64,000 nucleotides of DNA from Utricularia gibba. Lineage: Eukaryota > Plantae > Magnoliophyta. The first letter of the stretch is position 1. Each line of letters starts with the position of its first letter. This document shows positions 1 to 10,100 of the stretch, one piece after another. A program made the position numbers and the translations under genes. The stretch is taken from assembly GCA_002189035.1 (NCBI GenBank), contig NEEC01000044.1, positions 1 to 64,000 of the forward strand. The letters are read 5' to 3'. The notes beneath the pieces are model-generated. The model saw nothing but the letters and a program-made list of their open reading frames with translations, was not told where the DNA came from and did no database searches.

Positions 1-1682
1 CACACGCAAGCCTTCAGGTGAATCTACGTGACGATATTCATTCCAAGCTCCGTCGGATAGTGCCACCCTCGATAGCCAGCATATCAATGCTATCTTGACA
101 GGCTGCTGACGGGAATCGACAGTCCCCGAGCTCACTTTTTGCTACATGGATTTAAAGAAGTTGAGTAGCTTATGTTTGTATGCAGAACACGAGAAGTCCC
201 CATCCGTCGCAGAAAAGGGGCGGATAGATGTGTGTTGCCACTCCCTTCTCTATGACCTTAAAATCGTGTATTTGTGTGCTTCTTGCGGTTTGTCTTCAGA
301 CCGGAATGTCCTTCTTCGAGGTTCACTTCATTGTGGTGCACTCGGGTTGTTCCGCTTGTATTTCCTCACGAGAGGAGATACGTTTGTGTCCTCCTTCACT
401 TCATGGAAAGATGTGGGAGCACGCAGCAGATTATGGAGATTTGAAACAGAACACACATCACGAGGCAACCTAACGACGCAGCAACCAGCCCGACCTCGGT
501 CTACCTGGAGCACCATCAATGAGCATGGCGTTGGAAGTGGCATACTCTACATGCAAAACGTAACCACCACCTCCTCTGACGTATGCTCGGTTCTCCTTGT
601 AGGTGGAGTGGATGGTGGTCCCGATGACGCGCCTCCTACATGCACCTCGAACCACGCAGGTAATGCAAGCACACGCAACATCATGCGTCTTCACTCCACA
701 GCAGGAGGCTCCATGCATGTTTCTAACAGCATCGATCATTCGCTCCCCTTCATTTCGAGCTTCACGAGATGGCTGGAATACCATCGAAACCCTGCATATC
801 TTTCCTGGAGCACCCGCCCAAGTGCGACAAAGCTCCTATTTTCTTAGGACATCCGCGTCATGGCCATTCTTCGTCTCAACTTGTTTTCCCAGAGTGGGCT
901 CGAAGGCGACGATCCGTTAACATGCAGCAAAGGAAGCCAACACTCGCCAACAGAAGGTCACGCTTTGCGGAAACCATGCTCTCTAAAAGGCATTGCATAA
1001 CAATCCGAACGAGCTCACCAGCAGGAACTCAGGGAACGTGAGTTGGGACATGATGAAAGGGAAGTATGAGGCGAATTCGCATTCCAATGTTATCACTATT
1101 TGCGATCCCAAAATTGAATCCAAAAGTTCGTAGCAGAGAGGCTGCAAAAAACTACAGAAATCGGTTCTCGAAGGCCGTACCAGCATTCCAACATGAGGGG
1201 CACACGCAAAGGGATCCTTGGAGCAACAAACGGTGGTACGCATACGCGACCAGGGTTGCGCCCAAAGTCATCGATCCTGGATCGCGGCGTTGTGAACGTC
1301 GTTTTCACAATCGTGTAGCTGTGTAGAACCATTCAAGCTGTAGAATGCAAGGTGCGCCTACATGTCCGGTGGTTCGAAGGAGCGTTCATCCGCATGAGGT
1401 TTCTGCGAGTCCAAGGGTTGGAATGCAGTCAATTAGCCATGGGAGTAAGAAAAAAAGACGAACAAGTCGAGAAACCCTCCAAAAGGGCGCGGTGTCTAGA
1501 ACACCTCCTTTGAGAATGGAGGGCGGATGGAACTTGCTCCACATGCCGCGAATGGAGATATGCATACGAAAAAACACCAACATCGGGTCACCGACGTCGT
1601 TGCCAAGGAACTCTCTACAAGCACCGTGTGACGACCTCCTTTGCAGCTATTGGATCCCCCTGCGGAGTGTCTCCGTACCTCG

Positions 1683-1713
1683 AAAAAACGAGCTTTCTAC
1701 GGTAGCTCGTTTT
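1683..1713 (-). terminator. Possible intrinsic-terminator-like or Pol III T-run signal on the minus strand
   Basis: The minus strand reads AAAACGAGCT-ACCGTAGAA-AGCTCGTTTTTT: a CGAGCT/AGCTCG stem followed by T6 (T4 on the plus strand). The shape fits, but no upstream gene was identified, so function is inference. Confidence 0.2.
1685..1713. other. Perfect 10-bp inverted repeat (stem-loop) with a 9-nt loop, present in every full copy; function unknown
   Basis: AAAACGAGCT (1685-1694), loop TTCTACGGT, then AGCTCGTTTT (1704-1713). The inverted repeat is seen directly; the confidence refers to its existence, not to any function. Confidence 0.85.
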
Positions 1714-2026
1714 CAGGAGCGCATGGCTCTTGAAACTCAGCACATGGATTCGCAATGATGGCAAGGGAGAGCACGTCCAATGGCGTAGTTACCGCGCCGC
1801 AATCGCATTCGAGGAGAAAAGAAGTTGTTTGGAAAAGAATTGGGCATCAAGGAAGACCGTTCAAATAGGCTCACGAAATTTGGAATTGGAGCAGCAGTAC
1901 GTGTGACTTGTGTTGCTCCACCATTATGTGCGTCGATGGGTGTAGCGTGTTTGCGCAGTTTCACAAGGATACAGGGTGGCGAACAGTAGTTTGCAATAAG
2001 CATGAAGCGGGGGGTACCGCTTGTGC

Positions 2027-2062
2027 ACAAAAAGCTATAAAAGCTGTCCTTGTATAATTTCC
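2027..2062 (+). promoter_or_regulatory. AT-rich patch with TATAAAA (2036-2042) and TATAAT (2053-2058); possible promoter or unwinding element
   Basis: The motifs are seen directly within a ~50% GC unit. There is no -35-like hexamer at 17-bp spacing (AAAAGC lies there), and the ATGs just downstream open only a short ORF (MGMNQVPG...MLS). Confidence 0.15.
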
Positions 2063-2088
2063 CATGGGTATGAACCAGGTGCCGGGTT

Positions 2089-4180
2089 CACACGCAAGCC
2101 TTCAGGTGAATCTACGTGACGATATTCATTCCAAGCTCCGTCGGATAGTGCCACCCTCGATAGCCAGCATATCAATGCTATCTTGACAGGCTGCTGACGG
2201 GAATCGACAGTCCCCGAGCTCACTTTTTGCTACATGGATTTAAAGAAGTTGAGTAGCTTATGTTTGTATGCAGAACACGAGAAGTCCCCATCCGTCGCAG
2301 AAAAGGGGCGTGGATAGATGTGAGTGTTGCCACTCCCTTCTCTATGACCTTAAAATCGTGTATTTGTGTGCTTCTTGCGGTTTGTCTTCAGACCGGAATG
2401 TCCTTCTTCGAGGTTCACTTCATTGTGGTGCACTCGGGTTGTTCCGCTTGTATTTCCTCACGAGAGGAGATACGTTTGTGTCCTCCTTCACTTCATGGAA
2501 AGATGTGGGAGCACGCAGCAGATTATGGAGATTTGAAACAGAACACACATCACGAGGCAACCTAACGACGCAGCAACCAGCCCGACCTCGGTCTACCTGG
2601 AGCACCATCAATGAGCATGGCGTTGGAAGTGGCATACTCTACATGCAAAACGTAACCACCACCTCCTCTGACGTATGCTCGGTTCTCCTTGTAGGTGGAG
2701 TGGATGGTGGTCCCGATGACGCGCCTCCTACATGCACCTCGAACCACGCAGGTAATGCAAGCACACGCAACATCATGCGTCTTCACTCCACAGCAGGAGG
2801 CTCCATGCATGTTTCTAACAGCATCGATCATTCGCTCCCCTTCATTTCGAGCTTCACGAGATGGCTGGAATACCATCGAAACCCTGCATATCTTTCCTGG
2901 AGCACCCGCCCAAGTGCGACAAAGCTCCTATTTTCTTAGGACATCCGCGTCATGGCCATTCTTCGTCTCAACTTGTTTTCCCAGAGTGGGCTCGAAGGCG
3001 ACGATCCGTTAACATGCAGCAAAGGAAGCCAACACTCGCCAACAGAAGGTCACGCTTTGCGGAAACCATGCTCTCTAAAAGGCATTGCATAACAATCCGA
3101 ACGAGCTCACCAGCAGGAACTCAGGGAACGTGAGTTGGGACATGATGAAAGGGAAGTATGAGGCGAATTCGCATTCCAATGTTATCACTATTTGCGATCC
3201 CAAAATTGAATCCAAAAGTTCGTAGCAGAGAGGCTGCAAAAAACTACAGAAATCGGTTCTCGAAGGCCGTACCAGCATTCCAACATGAGGGGCACACGCA
3301 AAGGGATCCTTGGAGCAACAAACGGTGGTACGCATACGCGACCAGGGTTGCGCCCAAAGTCATCGATCCTGGATCGCGGCGTTGTGAACGTCGTTTTCAC
3401 AATCGTGTAGCTGTGTAGAACCATTCAAGCTGTAGAATGCAAGGTGCGCCTACATGTCCGGTGGTTCGAAGGAGCGTTCATCCGCATGAGGTTTCTGCGA
3501 GTCCAAGGGTTGGAATGCAGTCAATTAGCCATGGGAGTAAGAAAAAAAGACGAACAAGTCGAGAAACCCTCCAAAAGGGCGCGGTGTCTAGAACACCTCC
3601 TTTGAGAATGGAGGGCGGATGGAACTTGCTCCACATGCCGCGAATGGAGATATGCATACGAAAAAACACCAACATCGGGTCACCGACGTCGTTGCCAAGG
3701 AACTCTCTACAAGCACCGTGTGACGACCTCCTTTGCAGCTATTGGATCCCCCTGCGGAGTGTCTCCGTACCTCGAAAAAACGAGCTTTCTACGGTAGCTC
3801 GTTTTCAGGAGCGCATGGCTCTTGAAACTCAGCACATGGATTCGCAATGATGGCAAGGGAGAGCACGTCCAATGGCGTAGTTACCGCGCCGCAATCGCAT
3901 TCGAGGAGAAAAGAAGTTGTTTGGAAAAGAATTGGGCATCAAGGAAGACCGTTCAAATAGGCTCACGAAATTTGGAATTGGAGCAGCAGTACGTGTGACT
4001 TGTGTTGCTCCACCATTATGTGCGTCGATGGGTGTAGCGTGTTTGCGCAGTTTCACAAGGATACAGGGTGGCGAACAGTAGTTTGCAATAAGCATGAAGC
4101 GGGGGGTACCGCTTGTGCACAAAAAGCTATAAAAGCTGTCCTTGTATAATTTCCCATGGGTATGAACCAGGTGCCGGGTT
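2089..4180. repeat. Representative consensus repeat unit (copy 2, 2,092 bp); the phase is arbitrary because no true unit boundary is visible
   Basis: Same length and ORF translations as copies 3-12, 15-18, 20-24, 27, 29 and 30. GC looks roughly 50% by eye, CpG is plentiful, and every frame I translated contains stops. Confidence 0.97.
2268..2939 (+). CDS. Longest ORF of the unit (223 aa), no recognisable homology; may well be non-coding
   Basis: An open frame from ATG to TAG in each consensus copy, Ser/Thr-rich, with no motif I recognise. It is overlapped by similar-sized ORFs in other frames and on the other strand, as expected for non-coding DNA near 50% GC. Confidence 0.1.
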   Translation: MQNTRSPHPSQKRGVDRCECCHSLLYDLKIVYLCASCGLSSDRNVLLRGSLHCGALGLFRLYFLTRGDTFVSSFTSWKDVGARSRLWRFETEHTSRGNLTTQQPARPRSTWSTINEHGVGSGILYMQNVTTTSSDVCSVLLVGGVDGGPDDAPPTCTSNHAGNASTRNIMRLHSTAGGSMHVSNSIDHSLPFISSFTRWLEYHRNPAYLSWSTRPSATKLLFS

Positions 4181-7100
4181 CACACGCAAGCCTTCAGGTG
4201 AATCTACGTGACGATATTCATTCCAAGCTCCGTCGGATAGTGCCACCCTCGATAGCCAGCATATCAATGCTATCTTGACAGGCTGCTGACGGGAATCGAC
4301 AGTCCCCGAGCTCACTTTTTGCTACATGGATTTAAAGAAGTTGAGTAGCTTATGTTTGTATGCAGAACACGAGAAGTCCCCATCCGTCGCAGAAAAGGGG
4401 CGTGGATAGATGTGAGTGTTGCCACTCCCTTCTCTATGACCTTAAAATCGTGTATTTGTGTGCTTCTTGCGGTTTGTCTTCAGACCGGAATGTCCTTCTT
4501 CGAGGTTCACTTCATTGTGGTGCACTCGGGTTGTTCCGCTTGTATTTCCTCACGAGAGGAGATACGTTTGTGTCCTCCTTCACTTCATGGAAAGATGTGG
4601 GAGCACGCAGCAGATTATGGAGATTTGAAACAGAACACACATCACGAGGCAACCTAACGACGCAGCAACCAGCCCGACCTCGGTCTACCTGGAGCACCAT
4701 CAATGAGCATGGCGTTGGAAGTGGCATACTCTACATGCAAAACGTAACCACCACCTCCTCTGACGTATGCTCGGTTCTCCTTGTAGGTGGAGTGGATGGT
4801 GGTCCCGATGACGCGCCTCCTACATGCACCTCGAACCACGCAGGTAATGCAAGCACACGCAACATCATGCGTCTTCACTCCACAGCAGGAGGCTCCATGC
4901 ATGTTTCTAACAGCATCGATCATTCGCTCCCCTTCATTTCGAGCTTCACGAGATGGCTGGAATACCATCGAAACCCTGCATATCTTTCCTGGAGCACCCG
5001 CCCAAGTGCGACAAAGCTCCTATTTTCTTAGGACATCCGCGTCATGGCCATTCTTCGTCTCAACTTGTTTTCCCAGAGTGGGCTCGAAGGCGACGATCCG
5101 TTAACATGCAGCAAAGGAAGCCAACACTCGCCAACAGAAGGTCACGCTTTGCGGAAACCATGCTCTCTAAAAGGCATTGCATAACAATCCGAACGAGCTC
5201 ACCAGCAGGAACTCAGGGAACGTGAGTTGGGACATGATGAAAGGGAAGTATGAGGCGAATTCGCATTCCAATGTTATCACTATTTGCGATCCCAAAATTG
5301 AATCCAAAAGTTCGTAGCAGAGAGGCTGCAAAAAACTACAGAAATCGGTTCTCGAAGGCCGTACCAGCATTCCAACATGAGGGGCACACGCAAAGGGATC
5401 CTTGGAGCAACAAACGGTGGTACGCATACGCGACCAGGGTTGCGCCCAAAGTCATCGATCCTGGATCGCGGCGTTGTGAACGTCGTTTTCACAATCGTGT
5501 AGCTGTGTAGAACCATTCAAGCTGTAGAATGCAAGGTGCGCCTACATGTCCGGTGGTTCGAAGGAGCGTTCATCCGCATGAGGTTTCTGCGAGTCCAAGG
5601 GTTGGAATGCAGTCAATTAGCCATGGGAGTAAGAAAAAAAGACGAACAAGTCGAGAAACCCTCCAAAAGGGCGCGGTGTCTAGAACACCTCCTTTGAGAA
5701 TGGAGGGCGGATGGAACTTGCTCCACATGCCGCGAATGGAGATATGCATACGAAAAAACACCAACATCGGGTCACCGACGTCGTTGCCAAGGAACTCTCT
5801 ACAAGCACCGTGTGACGACCTCCTTTGCAGCTATTGGATCCCCCTGCGGAGTGTCTCCGTACCTCGAAAAAACGAGCTTTCTACGGTAGCTCGTTTTCAG
5901 GAGCGCATGGCTCTTGAAACTCAGCACATGGATTCGCAATGATGGCAAGGGAGAGCACGTCCAATGGCGTAGTTACCGCGCCGCAATCGCATTCGAGGAG
6001 AAAAGAAGTTGTTTGGAAAAGAATTGGGCATCAAGGAAGACCGTTCAAATAGGCTCACGAAATTTGGAATTGGAGCAGCAGTACGTGTGACTTGTGTTGC
6101 TCCACCATTATGTGCGTCGATGGGTGTAGCGTGTTTGCGCAGTTTCACAAGGATACAGGGTGGCGAACAGTAGTTTGCAATAAGCATGAAGCGGGGGGTA
6201 CCGCTTGTGCACAAAAAGCTATAAAAGCTGTCCTTGTATAATTTCCCATGGGTATGAACCAGGTGCCGGGTTCACACGCAAGCCTTCAGGTGAATCTACG
6301 TGACGATATTCATTCCAAGCTCCGTCGGATAGTGCCACCCTCGATAGCCAGCATATCAATGCTATCTTGACAGGCTGCTGACGGGAATCGACAGTCCCCG
6401 AGCTCACTTTTTGCTACATGGATTTAAAGAAGTTGAGTAGCTTATGTTTGTATGCAGAACACGAGAAGTCCCCATCCGTCGCAGAAAAGGGGCGTGGATA
6501 GATGTGAGTGTTGCCACTCCCTTCTCTATGACCTTAAAATCGTGTATTTGTGTGCTTCTTGCGGTTTGTCTTCAGACCGGAATGTCCTTCTTCGAGGTTC
6601 ACTTCATTGTGGTGCACTCGGGTTGTTCCGCTTGTATTTCCTCACGAGAGGAGATACGTTTGTGTCCTCCTTCACTTCATGGAAAGATGTGGGAGCACGC
6701 AGCAGATTATGGAGATTTGAAACAGAACACACATCACGAGGCAACCTAACGACGCAGCAACCAGCCCGACCTCGGTCTACCTGGAGCACCATCAATGAGC
6801 ATGGCGTTGGAAGTGGCATACTCTACATGCAAAACGTAACCACCACCTCCTCTGACGTATGCTCGGTTCTCCTTGTAGGTGGAGTGGATGGTGGTCCCGA
6901 TGACGCGCCTCCTACATGCACCTCGAACCACGCAGGTAATGCAAGCACACGCAACATCATGCGTCTTCACTCCACAGCAGGAGGCTCCATGCATGTTTCT
7001 AACAGCATCGATCATTCGCTCCCCTTCATTTCGAGCTTCACGAGATGGCTGGAATACCATCGAAACCCTGCATATCTTTCCTGGAGCACCCGCCCAAGTG

Positions 7101-10100
7101 CGACAAAGCTCCTATTTTCTTAGGACATCCGCGTCATGGCCATTCTTCGTCTCAACTTGTTTTCCCAGAGTGGGCTCGAAGGCGACGATCCGTTAACATG
7201 CAGCAAAGGAAGCCAACACTCGCCAACAGAAGGTCACGCTTTGCGGAAACCATGCTCTCTAAAAGGCATTGCATAACAATCCGAACGAGCTCACCAGCAG
7301 GAACTCAGGGAACGTGAGTTGGGACATGATGAAAGGGAAGTATGAGGCGAATTCGCATTCCAATGTTATCACTATTTGCGATCCCAAAATTGAATCCAAA
7401 AGTTCGTAGCAGAGAGGCTGCAAAAAACTACAGAAATCGGTTCTCGAAGGCCGTACCAGCATTCCAACATGAGGGGCACACGCAAAGGGATCCTTGGAGC
7501 AACAAACGGTGGTACGCATACGCGACCAGGGTTGCGCCCAAAGTCATCGATCCTGGATCGCGGCGTTGTGAACGTCGTTTTCACAATCGTGTAGCTGTGT
7601 AGAACCATTCAAGCTGTAGAATGCAAGGTGCGCCTACATGTCCGGTGGTTCGAAGGAGCGTTCATCCGCATGAGGTTTCTGCGAGTCCAAGGGTTGGAAT
7701 GCAGTCAATTAGCCATGGGAGTAAGAAAAAAAGACGAACAAGTCGAGAAACCCTCCAAAAGGGCGCGGTGTCTAGAACACCTCCTTTGAGAATGGAGGGC
7801 GGATGGAACTTGCTCCACATGCCGCGAATGGAGATATGCATACGAAAAAACACCAACATCGGGTCACCGACGTCGTTGCCAAGGAACTCTCTACAAGCAC
7901 CGTGTGACGACCTCCTTTGCAGCTATTGGATCCCCCTGCGGAGTGTCTCCGTACCTCGAAAAAACGAGCTTTCTACGGTAGCTCGTTTTCAGGAGCGCAT
8001 GGCTCTTGAAACTCAGCACATGGATTCGCAATGATGGCAAGGGAGAGCACGTCCAATGGCGTAGTTACCGCGCCGCAATCGCATTCGAGGAGAAAAGAAG
8101 TTGTTTGGAAAAGAATTGGGCATCAAGGAAGACCGTTCAAATAGGCTCACGAAATTTGGAATTGGAGCAGCAGTACGTGTGACTTGTGTTGCTCCACCAT
8201 TATGTGCGTCGATGGGTGTAGCGTGTTTGCGCAGTTTCACAAGGATACAGGGTGGCGAACAGTAGTTTGCAATAAGCATGAAGCGGGGGGTACCGCTTGT
8301 GCACAAAAAGCTATAAAAGCTGTCCTTGTATAATTTCCCATGGGTATGAACCAGGTGCCGGGTTCACACGCAAGCCTTCAGGTGAATCTACGTGACGATA
8401 TTCATTCCAAGCTCCGTCGGATAGTGCCACCCTCGATAGCCAGCATATCAATGCTATCTTGACAGGCTGCTGACGGGAATCGACAGTCCCCGAGCTCACT
8501 TTTTGCTACATGGATTTAAAGAAGTTGAGTAGCTTATGTTTGTATGCAGAACACGAGAAGTCCCCATCCGTCGCAGAAAAGGGGCGTGGATAGATGTGAG
8601 TGTTGCCACTCCCTTCTCTATGACCTTAAAATCGTGTATTTGTGTGCTTCTTGCGGTTTGTCTTCAGACCGGAATGTCCTTCTTCGAGGTTCACTTCATT
8701 GTGGTGCACTCGGGTTGTTCCGCTTGTATTTCCTCACGAGAGGAGATACGTTTGTGTCCTCCTTCACTTCATGGAAAGATGTGGGAGCACGCAGCAGATT
8801 ATGGAGATTTGAAACAGAACACACATCACGAGGCAACCTAACGACGCAGCAACCAGCCCGACCTCGGTCTACCTGGAGCACCATCAATGAGCATGGCGTT
8901 GGAAGTGGCATACTCTACATGCAAAACGTAACCACCACCTCCTCTGACGTATGCTCGGTTCTCCTTGTAGGTGGAGTGGATGGTGGTCCCGATGACGCGC
9001 CTCCTACATGCACCTCGAACCACGCAGGTAATGCAAGCACACGCAACATCATGCGTCTTCACTCCACAGCAGGAGGCTCCATGCATGTTTCTAACAGCAT
9101 CGATCATTCGCTCCCCTTCATTTCGAGCTTCACGAGATGGCTGGAATACCATCGAAACCCTGCATATCTTTCCTGGAGCACCCGCCCAAGTGCGACAAAG
9201 CTCCTATTTTCTTAGGACATCCGCGTCATGGCCATTCTTCGTCTCAACTTGTTTTCCCAGAGTGGGCTCGAAGGCGACGATCCGTTAACATGCAGCAAAG
9301 GAAGCCAACACTCGCCAACAGAAGGTCACGCTTTGCGGAAACCATGCTCTCTAAAAGGCATTGCATAACAATCCGAACGAGCTCACCAGCAGGAACTCAG
9401 GGAACGTGAGTTGGGACATGATGAAAGGGAAGTATGAGGCGAATTCGCATTCCAATGTTATCACTATTTGCGATCCCAAAATTGAATCCAAAAGTTCGTA
9501 GCAGAGAGGCTGCAAAAAACTACAGAAATCGGTTCTCGAAGGCCGTACCAGCATTCCAACATGAGGGGCACACGCAAAGGGATCCTTGGAGCAACAAACG
9601 GTGGTACGCATACGCGACCAGGGTTGCGCCCAAAGTCATCGATCCTGGATCGCGGCGTTGTGAACGTCGTTTTCACAATCGTGTAGCTGTGTAGAACCAT
9701 TCAAGCTGTAGAATGCAAGGTGCGCCTACATGTCCGGTGGTTCGAAGGAGCGTTCATCCGCATGAGGTTTCTGCGAGTCCAAGGGTTGGAATGCAGTCAA
9801 TTAGCCATGGGAGTAAGAAAAAAAGACGAACAAGTCGAGAAACCCTCCAAAAGGGCGCGGTGTCTAGAACACCTCCTTTGAGAATGGAGGGCGGATGGAA
9901 CTTGCTCCACATGCCGCGAATGGAGATATGCATACGAAAAAACACCAACATCGGGTCACCGACGTCGTTGCCAAGGAACTCTCTACAAGCACCGTGTGAC
10001 GACCTCCTTTGCAGCTATTGGATCCCCCTGCGGAGTGTCTCCGTACCTCGAAAAAACGAGCTTTCTACGGTAGCTCGTTTTCAGGAGCGCATGGCTCTTG

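Larger units (their letters stand above)
1..2088. repeat. Variant copy 1 (2,088 bp): two 2-bp deletions near 221-233
   Basis: Reads AAAAGGGGC--GGATAGATGTG--TGTTGCC against consensus AAAAGGGGCGTGGATAGATGTGAGTGTTGCC; the next copy starts at 2089. Confidence 0.95.

Noticed and set aside
95-100. TTGACA as a sigma70 -35 box
   Set aside because: There is no -10-like hexamer 16-18 bp downstream (GACAGT lies there).
191-222. GAGAAGTCCCC resembling the RNase MRP P4 5' strand
   Set aside because: It is a single short motif. I found no properly placed partner strand or other conserved regions, and AGTCCCC also occurs at 121.
285-301. Hammerhead core CUGANGA on the minus strand (CTGAAGA)
   Set aside because: It is not followed by a stem II and GAAA. 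The other CTGA sites on both strands do not fit the core.
18-1450. Multi-intron spliced gene on the plus strand (GTGAGT, GTAATG donors; CTAAC/CTGAC...AG acceptors)
   Set aside because: The number of donor-like hexamers is about what chance predicts. The splice combinations I tried gave no recognisable protein or hit stops. RNA-seq would be needed to revive this.
569-1643. Shine-Dalgarno-like AGGAGG(T) motifs (plus 703-708; minus near 569-575, 1503-1512 and 1634-1643)
   Set aside because: Only two have a start codon at usable spacing, and these open 67-aa and 42-aa frames with no recognisable features. CCTCCT tracts are common in non-coding DNA.
504-1643. Short internal direct repeats (CCTGGAGCACC at 504 and 804; ACCTCCTTTG near 1503 and 1634; GCATTCCAA at 1079 and 1183; CACACGCAA three times)
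   Set aside because: Matches of 9-11 bp are expected by chance in 2.1 kb, and they define no consistent sub-period.
1-2088. CRESS DNA virus (circovirus or genomovirus) genome, suggested by the ~2.1-kb size
   Set aside because: There are no Rep motifs I-III or Walker A in any listed ORF and no capsid-sized ORF. CAATGTTAT (1084-1092) resembles a genomovirus nonamer but is not in a stem, and NYCS in the minus-strand ORF lacks the rest of a Rep.
1-2088. 5S rRNA, tRNA, U snRNA or spliced-leader RNA gene as the repeated unit
   Set aside because: Only isolated short matches are present (GGTTCGAA near 1371, TCGAACC near 647, TTTGCGCAGT near 1950). I could build no cloverleaf, T-arm pairing or extended similarity. 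A divergent ncRNA cannot be excluded without cmscan.
1-2088. Hidden long ORF under a reassigned stop codon, or an ORF running through successive copies
   Set aside because: In the frames I translated by hand (not all six in full), TGA and TAG/TAA stops were interleaved, so one reassignment did not open a long frame, and the read-through products were unrecognisable.
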